Source: Nitrospirota bacterium (lineage in GTDB: Bacteria > Nitrospirota > Thermodesulfovibrionia > Thermodesulfovibrionales > Dissulfurispiraceae). Taken from it: DNA of 64,000 bases. Shown piece after piece: positions 8,905 to 18,043 of this stretch. The translations under genes were made by a program, and so were the position numbers. The stretch is taken from NCBI GenBank assembly GCA_963784135.1, contig CAWAQG010000005.1, forward strand, positions 46,823 through 110,822, written 5' to 3'. The notes under the pieces were generated by a model. It had not been told where the DNA came from. It ran no database searches and worked only from the letters and a program-made list of their open reading frames with translations. The first letter of the stretch is position 1. Each line of letters begins with the position of its first letter.

Positions 8905-10217
8905 TGAGTAAGATAGCAATGCTTTTGTTTCTGGCTTTCCTTGCGGCGCTCGGCTTTTTTGCGATAGAAAATAAGGACATGGTCGTGCTTAAGGTGCCTT
9001 TCGGAAGTCTGTATGAAATGCCCAAAGTAGCTCTTATACTCATGTCAACGATTACAGGGGCGCTCGTTGTGCTGGCTGCCTTTTTTGTACGCGATACGAA
9101 ACGCATTATCGATAATATGCAGTATCAGAAGAAGCAGAAAAGGGAGGCGCGGATACACACGCACTATTCCAAGGCCCTGAATGCAATATTGGGAGACAAA
9201 GAAGAGGAGGCCAAAGAGGCGCTGGGCGAGATATTGAAGGAGGACCCCGAACACATTGATGCGCTTTTAAGACTCGGCGACATTGCGCTGAACAATGAGG
9301 ACTTCAAGGCGGCCTTTGATTACTATAAAAAAGCCAGAGACATCAACCACTCAGACCTTCAGGCGCTGCTTTCAATTGAAACGGTCATGGAAAAAATGAA
9401 GCGGTTTGACGATTCAATGAAATATCTTGACGAGATTCTTGATATTGATCCCGGGAACCTGACCGCTCTCTGCCGGAAGCGGGCGCTGCTCGAAATGCAG
9501 GAGAAATGGGATGACCTTCTTCTGCTGCAGAAATCAATTGTCAAACTCGAGCAAAACGAGAAAGATAAAGAGCGAGAGGACCACAGGCTGCTGGGATATA
9601 AATACGAGTATGCGCGCTCAAGCCTTGAAAACGGAGAATTGGAAAAAGCTGATAAGGCATTCAGGACTCTTATGAGAATGGACAGCGGCTTTCTCCCCGC
9701 TTATCTTGGAACTGCCGAGGTCATTATGACAAAGGGCGAGACTGAGGAAGCGATAAACTTCCTCGAAAAAGGGTTTGAGCAGTTGAACTCGGTCATACTT
9801 CTTGCGCGTCTTGAAGACCTGCTTATCAGTGTCGGCGAGCCCGGCAGGCTCATACGGTTTTATAAAAACGCCCTGACGCGAAGCCCCCAGGACAACGGTC
9901 TGAAATTTCTGCTCGGCAAGCTCTACTACAGGCTGGAGATGGTAGATGACGCCCTTGAGATTCTGAATTCGATCGACACAAGCGCGTTTGCCCCCCATGA
10001 ACTATACGGTTTGAGGGGTGAGTTGTACATGAAGAGAAAACAGATATCCAAGGCGATAGATGAATTCAGACGCGCCTGCGGCATACAGAGTGTTGTGAAT
10101 GTCCCGTACTGCTGTTCCCGGTGCGGGTTTAAATCCGCAGACTGGTCAGGCAGATGCCTCTGCTGCAATGAGTGGAATACCTACAAACTTGATCTCTATG
10201 GTACCTGCAAGGCCTAA
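8904..10217 (+). CDS. LapB(YciM)-like TPR protein with LapA-like N-terminal membrane segment and C-terminal rubredoxin-type zinc site
   Basis: Two N-terminal TM helices, TPR repeats, and C-terminal CCSRCGFKSADWSGRCLCCNEW. Confidence 0.7.
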   Translation: MSKIAMLLFLAFLAALGFFAIENKDMVVLKVPFGSLYEMPKVALILMSTITGALVVLAAFFVRDTKRIIDNMQYQKKQKREARIHTHYSKALNAILGDKEEEAKEALGEILKEDPEHIDALLRLGDIALNNEDFKAAFDYYKKARDINHSDLQALLSIETVMEKMKRFDDSMKYLDEILDIDPGNLTALCRKRALLEMQEKWDDLLLLQKSIVKLEQNEKDKEREDHRLLGYKYEYARSSLENGELEKADKAFRTLMRMDSGFLPAYLGTAEVIMTKGETEEAINFLEKGFEQLNSVILLARLEDLLISVGEPGRLIRFYKNALTRSPQDNGLKFLLGKLYYRLEMVDDALEILNSIDTSAFAPHELYGLRGELYMKRKQISKAIDEFRRACGIQSVVNVPYCCSRCGFKSADWSGRCLCCNEWNTYKLDLYGTCKA

Positions 10218-10956
10218 AAATACCGACATCTCAGCGGAAGAATCCGGGACCGCAGATTCCGGTAACGATTCCGGAGCACTTTCAGCGTCTGCTGCGGCGC
10301 ACGAAAGTCTTAATGAGCAGTTTCTCAAAAAGGATCGGCGCCGTCTGAAGAAAGTAGTTCTTGATACGAGCCTGTTTGTAAATCCCGATGTCAGAGCAAG
10401 CCTCGGCGATACTCCTATAGAAGCCCTTGAGACTTTTCTTTATCTGGCGGCGCAGATAGGCAATCTCGAGTTTTACATGCCGCCGTCGATTTTCGACGAA
10501 CTGCTTCACTTTGTCGAAAGAGACAAGATTCCTGGCGATCTCCTGGTCATTCTTAATCAGAAGCCGCCCAAAAAGCACGAACTGAAATGCCCGGCTTTCC
10601 TCTTATATGAGCTTATTGAAGACATAAGGGAGCGGGTCAACAAAGGGCTCAGGCTTGCTGAAAAAGCAGTCAGAAGCGCCGAGCTTAAGAAACCGGATGA
10701 AATTGTGCAGGATTTGAGGAAGAAGTATCGGGAGGCTTTGAGAGAAGGAATTATTGACAGCAAGGAGGATGTCGACCTAATGCTCCTTGCGATGGAGCTT
10801 GACGCCCTCCTGATTACCGCAGATCAGGGGTTGATTAAATGGGCTGAAAAGCTTGGCGTGAAGTGGCTTTTCCCGGAAAGGTTCAAGGATTATCTTATTG
10901 CGGCAGTAAAAAGAACAAAGATGCTCGAAGAAAAGACAAAAAAGGCAATAAAGTAA
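10198..10956 (+). CDS. PIN-domain protein (NOB1 / RNA-ligase-partner-like)
   Basis: KKVVLDTSLFVNPD...DVDLMLLAMELDALLITADQGLIKWAEKLGV gives the acidic PIN residues. The start is set to the ATG at 10198 to avoid a long overlap with the lapB-like gene. Confidence 0.55.
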   Translation: MVPARPKNTDISAEESGTADSGNDSGALSASAAAHESLNEQFLKKDRRRLKKVVLDTSLFVNPDVRASLGDTPIEALETFLYLAAQIGNLEFYMPPSIFDELLHFVERDKIPGDLLVILNQKPPKKHELKCPAFLLYELIEDIRERVNKGLRLAEKAVRSAELKKPDEIVQDLRKKYREALREGIIDSKEDVDLMLLAMELDALLITADQGLIKWAEKLGVKWLFPERFKDYLIAAVKRTKMLEEKTKKAIK

Positions 10957-11030
10957 GGTGTTGGCAGTAGGTCAGTCGGAGACGTTCTGCCTGCCTCGAA
11001 ACCTTACAAGCATGTTATAATTGTGTACAA

Positions 11031-11288
11031 ATGGAAATGAATGCTGCTTTGGTTCTCATAAGCATCCTTGGCTTTACGATCGCATCTTACTTTCTATTCA
11101 TAAATAAAAAAATCTTTTTATTTATGAGCCTCGGCCTGGTGCTTTCGCTGATCGGCAGCGGCATTTTTGTCTTTCCTTGGAAGTCGTATGCCCGAATTGC
11201 AAGAATATTGTATCCCATATTTATATTGATGGCACTTGTTTTTTTTATTATAGCAATTACTAAAATGAGCAAAGAATTTACTCGATAG
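11031..11288 (+). CDS. Small hypothetical membrane protein
   Basis: 85 aa with three hydrophobic segments; no recognisable motif. Confidence 0.4.
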   Translation: MEMNAALVLISILGFTIASYFLFINKKIFLFMSLGLVLSLIGSGIFVFPWKSYARIARILYPIFILMALVFFIIAITKMSKEFTR

Positions 11289-11321
11289 GGTTGGAGACTT
11301 TCACATGGCGCAAGCTTGATG

Positions 11322-11870
11322 TCAAAGGGTGGGAAAGGCAGATACATCTATTACATATCCGAAGCTCATTTTCACCTTCCATATGAACCGTTTGATTTCA
11401 TCGACATCCGCCGACTTTCCGAAAGACATCTTGCGAGTGCCCTTTTTGGTCTCAATCATAAAAAAATATCTTACCCTGAATATGCCGGCCAGAATCCAGA
11501 AACCTATTCCTGCTATAAACAAGAGTGCGAGAGGGGTCAGGGGCAGCATAATTACTCCGGGTCCGGACTGAACAAGGCAGCCCTGTCCGATAACTTCAAG
11601 TAAAGACACTGCCAATCCCAGCAGGCCGATCGAGAACAGGGCGAGGCCAAGGACATATTGGCAGAATGGGTACTTCACATCTGTGCCGCTGCATAGCGTT
11701 ATCTGGCTAATTTGATCTCTCGGTATAATATTCGAAATCCTGTTACTGCTCCATTCACGGACTCCAGCTGCTGACACTTCCACTCTTAAGCATCTGATAT
11801 AATCATTAATGCCGTCAGCCAAAAGGGCTCTTTCCGATAAATTTTCGTTTAGTGAAAAACCGGAATGCAT
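11322..11870 (-). CDS. Hypothetical membrane protein
   Basis: Two central TM helices. The start is moved to the ATG at 11870, 5 nt after the stop of the upstream regulator. Confidence 0.45.
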   Translation of the reverse strand: MHSGFSLNENLSERALLADGINDYIRCLRVEVSAAGVREWSSNRISNIIPRDQISQITLCSGTDVKYPFCQYVLGLALFSIGLLGLAVSLLEVIGQGCLVQSGPGVIMLPLTPLALLFIAGIGFWILAGIFRVRYFFMIETKKGTRKMSFGKSADVDEIKRFIWKVKMSFGYVIDVSAFPTL

Positions 11871-11874
11871 GCAG

Positions 11875-13272
11875 CTATCCTTTCCCCCGAAATTCACCTG
11901 AAGAGATCCCATTCTTTCTCATGAGCTGCTGGAGGTACTGCCGCTCTATGCCGGAGGTCCGTGCCGCCAGGGAAACATTCCCACCTGTATGTTGCAGCAG
12001 GTCCGTTATATACCTTTTATTGAATGTCTCGAGGATCTTTTTACGCGCCTCGTTGTAAGCGAAAGTGTGTGTTTCGGAGTTGTTTGCAGCGGACGTGACC
12101 GGAGATTTGTTATACCCGAAATCTTCCGCCGAAAGAAAGTCGTTTTTTGAGAAAATCACCGCCCGTTTTATCCGGTTACGAAGTTCACGGGCGTTGCCTT
12201 CCCATTCCCGGGTCATAAGCATCTGCATCGCATCCTCCGTCAGTCTTTTCTGATCAAGCCCCATCTCCGTACAGCATGAGGACAGAAAGTGGAAAGCTAT
12301 AAGGGGAATGTCTTCCCGTATCTCCCTGAGAGGCGGGGTATGGACAGGAACCACGTTGAGGCGGTAATAAAGATCTGATCTGAAAAGCCCCGCGGTGGTG
12401 CCGCTTCCGAGGTCCCTGTTGGTTGCAGCTATTATGCGCACGTCGATACTATGCGTATCCGTAGCACCGAGAGGTTTCAGTTCTCCTTCCTGCAACACCC
12501 GAAGGAGCTTTGCCTGCAATGAGAAAGATATGTCACCGATCTCGTCCAGGAACAGGGTGCCTCCATGCGCCGCCTGGAAAAGTCCCTCCCTGTCCGAGTT
12601 GGCCCCGGTGAACGCGCCTTTGCGATAACCGAAAAGCTCGCTCTCCAGTGTGTTTTCAGGTATTGCCGGGCAGTTTATTACCACAAAGGGCTTGCCGGTC
12701 CTGCTGCTGAGGCTGTGGATCATGTGGGCCGCCAATTCCTTTCCGGTGCCTGTTTCGCCGGTAATAAGCACAGGCAAGTTGGTTTTTGCAACACGCCTCA
12801 AGGTGGCGGCAAGCTCTCTTATCGCGGGGGATTCGCCAACAAAAAAAATTTCTTTTTCTTTTTCCAGGATTTTTTCTTCGATGTCAGGTTTAATACGCAA
12901 ATGCTCCTGGCGCGCCAGCGCCCGCCGCACAGTATGCAACAGCAACTCCTCCTCAAAAGGCTTGGTAATAAAGTCATAGGCCCCTTCTTTTATGGACCTC
13001 ACAGCGGTATCCACGGTGCCATGGCCGGTCATCATTATTACAGGCAGGAGACTGTCTTTCTTTTTTATGTTTTTCAAAAGTTCCATGCCGTCCATGCCCG
13101 GCATTTTCATATCGGCAAGAACACAGTGGACCGTGTTTTTTTCAATAATACTCAAGGCTGATTCCCCTCCGTGGGCGCTCCGGGTCTCGGTATGCAGCTC
13201 ACTTCTTAAGATGCCTTCAAGAAAACGGGTCGTATCCCGGTTATCGTCGACAATCAGAACTGTCTGTTTCAC
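11875..13272 (-). CDS. Sigma54-dependent response regulator (REC + AAA+ + Fis-type HTH), paralogue 1
   Basis: Receiver LADMKMPGMDG; Walker A GETGTGKE; GAFTGA loop; ESELFGY; C-terminal HTH. GTG start with GGAG 8 nt upstream. Confidence 0.9.
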   Translation of the reverse strand: MKQTVLIVDDNRDTTRFLEGILRSELHTETRSAHGGESALSIIEKNTVHCVLADMKMPGMDGMELLKNIKKKDSLLPVIMMTGHGTVDTAVRSIKEGAYDFITKPFEEELLLHTVRRALARQEHLRIKPDIEEKILEKEKEIFFVGESPAIRELAATLRRVAKTNLPVLITGETGTGKELAAHMIHSLSSRTGKPFVVINCPAIPENTLESELFGYRKGAFTGANSDREGLFQAAHGGTLFLDEIGDISFSLQAKLLRVLQEGELKPLGATDTHSIDVRIIAATNRDLGSGTTAGLFRSDLYYRLNVVPVHTPPLREIREDIPLIAFHFLSSCCTEMGLDQKRLTEDAMQMLMTREWEGNARELRNRIKRAVIFSKNDFLSAEDFGYNKSPVTSAANNSETHTFAYNEARKKILETFNKRYITDLLQHTGGNVSLAARTSGIERQYLQQLMRKNGISSGEFRGKG

Positions 13273-13284
13273 GCGGGTAACTCC

Positions 13285-14904
13285 TTAATTAACGGGTTTC
13301 TCTTCACCGGCCAACTCCTCTATGCAGGAATGCACACGGGAAAGCACCGCTGTCCCGGACATAACAATCAAATAGTCCCCGGGATAAATAATTGTGTCCC
13401 GGGCCGGGATCAACTCTGTGTCCCCCCGTCTGATGCCCACCAAAAGACTGTTCTTAGGCCAATCAATATCACATATTTGTCTGTCACAAACCGGCGCCCC
13501 CAGGCTGACCACTTTTTCTAAAATATGCTTTCCCTCATCATGTTCCTGGGGGTCTGGCTCCTGAAGCGGTCTTCCTTGAGCCAAAATTCGATTTAACAAA
13601 ACATCATAAATAGGCTTGCCTTCCAACAAATCACTGGCAATATAAGCGGACATGCAAACCGTAATTAAAGCTAAAAGCTGCTCCATGTTGCCGGTCATTT
13701 CCAGGATTAAGATACTGCCGGTAATAGGCGCCTTGACAATGGCGCTAAAGTATGCGGCCATGGCCAGGATGATGAAGTTGTTAACGTAAATGGGTTCGAG
13801 ATGCAGATATTGGGCCAAAATGCTGCCGTACAAATTACCGCTTAAAGCGCCAATGGCTAAAAGTGGCATAAAAATGCCGCCCTGGACACCTGTGCCGTAG
13901 CTCAACATGGTAAATAAAAATTTACCCGCAATAATGATAAGCAGTATTGTTAGTGCGTAATGCGCTTGAGGCAACGAATTTATTAACCCAGCGCCTCCAC
14001 CCAGCGCCTGGGGCAGGACAAATCCGAGGAATCCGGCCGCAACCAAAGGAACTGCCGGCTTTAATTGCGATGGCAGCAAGTGTAGTTTCTCGTAAAAAAT
14101 CTGAAACTTAACCAGGCTCGAGTTGAACAATACCCCAAAGGCGCCTACTAAAAGACCCAGGATCACAACAAACAGGTAATAAGGAAAGGGCATCAGGGGA
14201 ATATTGTGAAAGTTAAACACCGGCCCTTGCCCGAAAACATAGCGGGTGACAACGTCTGCCGTAACTGAGGCGGCTACAGCAGAGGCCAGCACCACAGGAG
14301 AAAAATTTTTATGCAGTTCCTCCAGAGCAAAGATCACCCCGGCCAAGGGTGCGTTAAATGCTGCAGCCAGCCCGGCGCTGGCCCCACTGGTGAGTAAATA
14401 TTTTTCTTCCATACTGGAGCATCTCAAAATCCGGCTGACCCCCTGGCCTGCCGCCGCGCCCAACTGCACCGAGGGGCCTTCCCGGCCCATAGAAAGGCCG
14501 GCACCAAGTCCCAACAGACCTCCGGCAAACTTTGCGCCGATTATTTTAAACCAGCTACCTGCTTGCAATAGGCCAGCCAGAATGCCCTTAACCTGGGGGA
14601 TGCCGCTGCCGGTTGACATAGGTACCATCTTAATCAGCCAGGACAAAATCAAGGCAATCCCTATAAGGCAAACAAACAATAAGGCGGTCCAGCCAAAGGC
14701 ACTTGAACCCAGGAAAGCAAACAGCTTAGGCCTTTCCATGCTCGTCCAGGCAAGCACAAGTCTAAAACAGACCACGACCACGCCTGCAAAAGCCCCTGTT
14801 AAAATGCCTTCAAAAATAAGCTTCAGGCGGAAATCATGCCAGTGCTCCAGTAAGTTTTTTATGTAGCTCTCAGGTTTTGTTACATTCCTTCTCTTCATAA
14901 ACAT
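13285..14904 (-). CDS. ClC-family chloride channel/antiporter with C-terminal TrkA-C (RCK_C)-like domain
   Basis: GSGIPQ, GREGPSVQLG and GIFMP selectivity motifs. The C-terminal beta-rich domain carries IYPGDYLIV. Confidence 0.85.
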   Translation of the reverse strand: MFMKRRNVTKPESYIKNLLEHWHDFRLKLIFEGILTGAFAGVVVVCFRLVLAWTSMERPKLFAFLGSSAFGWTALLFVCLIGIALILSWLIKMVPMSTGSGIPQVKGILAGLLQAGSWFKIIGAKFAGGLLGLGAGLSMGREGPSVQLGAAAGQGVSRILRCSSMEEKYLLTSGASAGLAAAFNAPLAGVIFALEELHKNFSPVVLASAVAASVTADVVTRYVFGQGPVFNFHNIPLMPFPYYLFVVILGLLVGAFGVLFNSSLVKFQIFYEKLHLLPSQLKPAVPLVAAGFLGFVLPQALGGGAGLINSLPQAHYALTILLIIIAGKFLFTMLSYGTGVQGGIFMPLLAIGALSGNLYGSILAQYLHLEPIYVNNFIILAMAAYFSAIVKAPITGSILILEMTGNMEQLLALITVCMSAYIASDLLEGKPIYDVLLNRILAQGRPLQEPDPQEHDEGKHILEKVVSLGAPVCDRQICDIDWPKNSLLVGIRRGDTELIPARDTIIYPGDYLIVMSGTAVLSRVHSCIEELAGEEKPVN

Positions 14905-14929
14905 TTTTCAAATAGCTCCTGAGGAATTA

Positions 14930-15712
14930 TTAAACAATACTTATGACTTGCTGGACCGCCAGCGCCAGAATCACCATGGCAAAGCTCTTGCGTAAAACGG
15001 CTGTGGGCATCCGGTGGCTGGTATAGGTCCCCAGCAAACTGCCCGGCAGTATGCCAAGCACTAAAGGTATGCCTAAAGTCCAGGGGACAGCCGAAGCATT
15101 AGTCAGCCGGCCCATTAAGCCAAAAAATCCGGCCAGCATAACCAGGGCCAGACCGGTAGCTATGGCAGATCGTGTAGGGATTTTAAGAAAAACGATCATA
15201 AAGGGCACAAGTATCGTACCTCCCCCTATGCCTACCATGCCCGCCAGAAAACCTCCTGTAAAGCAACCAATCATGGCTTTATTTATCGAGTATTCAGGCA
15301 TCTCTTTATACTCGCCCTTAATGGGCCAAAGCATTAAAGTAGCGATAAGGAACAACAGTCCAATAAATAGCATTAAAATAACATTATGCGGCAGATGGAA
15401 TTGTACTATCCCTCCTGCCAGCGCCCCAACGGATGCACAAGTACCGGTTATGACTATCAGCCGTTTTTCTATCTTCATGTGCCGGCCATGGGCCCAAAAA
15501 CCGATGACCCCTGCTACAAAGACGAAAAGGGTGGAAAGAGCGGTTATTTGATGCAGCCCCAGATTCAGATGGGCACTCCCTTGAAAAAACAAAATAATAG
15601 GAATAATGAGTATAGCGCCCCCTATTCCCAAAAGACTGGATGAAAATGAGCCGATTAAGCTGCAACCAAGTAAAAATAGCCAACTTGCCATCATAACACC
15701 ACCTCCATACAA
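14930..15712 (-). CDS. TauE/SafE (TSUP) family anion permease
   Basis: Eight hydrophobic helices with duplicated GIGGG motifs (LLGIGGAILIIP, MVGIGGGTILVP). Confidence 0.75.
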   Translation of the reverse strand: MYGGGVMMASWLFLLGCSLIGSFSSSLLGIGGAILIIPIILFFQGSAHLNLGLHQITALSTLFVFVAGVIGFWAHGRHMKIEKRLIVITGTCASVGALAGGIVQFHLPHNVILMLFIGLLFLIATLMLWPIKGEYKEMPEYSINKAMIGCFTGGFLAGMVGIGGGTILVPFMIVFLKIPTRSAIATGLALVMLAGFFGLMGRLTNASAVPWTLGIPLVLGILPGSLLGTYTSHRMPTAVLRKSFAMVILALAVQQVISIV

Positions 15713-15825
15713 TAATTTAGAAAGGTCTTAAGGATTAGCCATTTGCGGCTCGACTTCAATCTGCCCATTTTCAGATAACTCCTTGCTATAAATTTAATTT
15801 TAGGAATCTTAAAGATCCTGTTTCG

Positions 15826-17745
15826 CTAATTGACATTGGTTAAAAGGTCAAAGGCCCAGTCACGCATACCGGTATGGTCCTCCGTGACAGTATTGCCGTT
15901 AATAGAAAGCTTTTCTACGAGATCGCCATTTTTTCTGATATTGGCCTCCATATAGTCCCCATGAGGTATTACATCAATATCGACATCGGAATCATTGTAT
16001 TTTTTCGCATAGTATGCCAGGGCCAGCTTTTGGACCTCTGAATCTCTTTGTCCTTGCCGGTTAGAGCAATGGCTCGAATCCACAGGTAAGCTTTGCACTG
16101 TCGTCTGAGCAGGCATACTCTCACTACTCAACCGGGAAGAGGCTAAAGCACCTGTTACCCCGGTAAATAGAAGGAGCATTATAAATAAAGCAATCCCTTT
16201 GCTCTCCTGGCTGAAGCCGTGAAAGAACCCTGAAGAAACAACTGCTGTTCTCGTTGCTTCATGATCTGCGATACCGAGTGTTTTGACTTTCCTGACAGAT
16301 GAAAGGAAAGCCGATAAAATAGTGACTGCCATAAGGACCATAATTACCATCATAAACCCATGCATGAAAGCGGCGGCTTTAACCTGCAGTGGAATGGCGG
16401 CGTTGCTGAATACGTGCCGGATATTAGGATACCCATTGTCAGACAGGTAGCGGTGTTCCAAACTCGTGAATATTACTCCGGATATGTTCACTCCCAGGAT
16501 AAGTCCGAGAGACCGCATCATGTTCAGGACGCCTCCGGCTACGCCCAGTTTATCCCTGGGTGCTGAGCCCATGATGGCGCTGTTGTTAGGCGTAGTAAAC
16601 AGTCCCATACCGACCCCAAGGAGCATCAACACGGCCACCATCAGGGGCAGATGCACAGAAACTCCCATAAACATGAGGGCGAAACATGTCAGGGCGGAAA
16701 TAAGCATTCCGGAAGTGGTCATTATCCTCGGACCGTATTTGTCCGAGATATGGCCTGAAAATGGGGCCACTACCGCCATCGCAAGAAGAATGGGCGTCAG
16801 CAGGGCGCCGGTAAGCGCAACGCTGTAACCCAATACATTTTGCAGATAGAAGGGCATCAGGAACATTAGTGCAAACAGCACATAATAAGACAACAAGCTT
16901 GTCACGTTTCCGATAAGGAAGGTGGCATTCCTGAATAGCCTTAGGTCTATCAGGGGGTACTCTACCCTCAGTTCCGTTATGATAAATAGGGTAAGAAGCA
17001 CTATGCCGGCAAGGAAATACATAATAATAGTTTGCGAGCCCCAGCCAAGATTAACTCCCTGGTTGAAAGCAAGCACTATAAAACCAAGCCCTGAGGCGAA
17101 AAATACTGTCCCGAGATAATCAATCTTCTCCTTCTTCTCCACCTTCCGGTTGGGGGGAAGGATGAAAATGGCGGCCAGCGTGCCCAGTATCCCGATAGGG
17201 ATATTCACATAAAAGATGGCCCTCCAGCCTATCGTGGCTATCAGAATACCCCCGACAAACGGACCTGCCGACATCGCCAGCGCCTGGACTGCACCCTGAA
17301 TGCCGATGGCACTGCCCCTCTCTTTCGCTGGAAAAGCCTGAGTAATAAGCGCAACGGAATTCGCCTGTAAAAGCCCTGCACCTAATGCTTGTATCACGCG
17401 CGAAACTATCATAAACGTGGCTGTCGTCGACATTCCGGATAACAGCGACCCGACGGAGAAAATCACAAAACCGATTTTATAGAGTTTTGGCCTGCCGTAT
17501 ATATCCGCCAGCCTTCCAAACAGCGGAAGGAAAATGGTCAGCGCAAGCATATATGCCATCGCTATCCATTCTATGACCGCCATTGAAACGCCGAACGTGC
17601 TTTTGAGCGTGGGCATCGCCACATTGACGATGCTCACATCCAGCGCCGACATTGTAGCTCCAATCAGGACCGTGGACAGAATGAACCACTTCAAGCTCGG
17701 GTGAGCAGAAATATTCGACCGTAAGGTTGCCAGTTTACCGTTCAT
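15826..17745 (-). CDS. DHA2-type (14-TMS) MFS transporter with an extra C-terminal TM helix and a roughly 110-aa soluble domain
   Basis: GRLADIYGRPKLY motif and EmrB/QacA-like topology. The C-terminal extension after residue ~500 has no obvious family. Confidence 0.8.
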   Translation of the reverse strand: MNGKLATLRSNISAHPSLKWFILSTVLIGATMSALDVSIVNVAMPTLKSTFGVSMAVIEWIAMAYMLALTIFLPLFGRLADIYGRPKLYKIGFVIFSVGSLLSGMSTTATFMIVSRVIQALGAGLLQANSVALITQAFPAKERGSAIGIQGAVQALAMSAGPFVGGILIATIGWRAIFYVNIPIGILGTLAAIFILPPNRKVEKKEKIDYLGTVFFASGLGFIVLAFNQGVNLGWGSQTIIMYFLAGIVLLTLFIITELRVEYPLIDLRLFRNATFLIGNVTSLLSYYVLFALMFLMPFYLQNVLGYSVALTGALLTPILLAMAVVAPFSGHISDKYGPRIMTTSGMLISALTCFALMFMGVSVHLPLMVAVLMLLGVGMGLFTTPNNSAIMGSAPRDKLGVAGGVLNMMRSLGLILGVNISGVIFTSLEHRYLSDNGYPNIRHVFSNAAIPLQVKAAAFMHGFMMVIMVLMAVTILSAFLSSVRKVKTLGIADHEATRTAVVSSGFFHGFSQESKGIALFIMLLLFTGVTGALASSRLSSESMPAQTTVQSLPVDSSHCSNRQGQRDSEVQKLALAYYAKKYNDSDVDIDVIPHGDYMEANIRKNGDLVEKLSINGNTVTEDHTGMRDWAFDLLTNVN

Positions 17746-17756
17746 ATTTACCTATA

Positions 17757-17774
17757 TGGCAAATACCATGCCAA
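17757..17774 (-). promoter_or_regulatory. Sigma54 -24/-12 promoter TTGGCATGGTATTTGCCA upstream of the MFS gene
   Basis: On the minus strand this reads TGGCAT-N5-TTGC, against the consensus TGGCAC-N5-TTGC. The GC lies 13 nt before the ATG at 17745, which predicts a nearly leaderless transcript. Confidence 0.65.
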
Positions 17775-18043
17775 TCAAATTGTCTATTGCAACTCTTTGA
17801 AAAGCTTAATAATTGGATGGGGAAGCCAAACTTTCAAATTAATTTCGAAACGAATTTTTTTTTACAGTGCCATTATTTTTTTTGGAAATATAACTTCAGT
17901 GATTCATTCGATCAGGAGTCCCCCCAATAATTAAGGCTTGAACGAGATAAGCCTTTAAAATGCAGGAGGAATCAGTTTTCATGAAGTGGTCGTGATTTGT
18001 TTTGGAAAATCGGATATGTAATTATATTTCAAAAAAGGGGGAG

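Noticed and set aside
12565-13161. Paired 198-aa and 109-aa plus-strand ORFs that recur almost identically at 18731-19327 and 18816-19145, which might suggest a conserved overlapping gene.
   Set aside because: The conservation is a by-product of the near-identical duplication of the sigma54 regulator genes on the opposite strand. No start or SD context or motif supports them.
14246-14866. A 206-aa plus-strand ORF, rich in Ala and Pro.
   Set aside because: It is a shadow ORF antisense to the ClC channel gene (GREGP/GSGIP motifs on the minus strand).
17757-17774. The same -24/-12-like element read on the plus strand (TGGCAA-N5-ATGC).
   Set aside because: It is a poorer match than the minus-strand reading, and no plus-strand gene follows it; the next gene is convergent.
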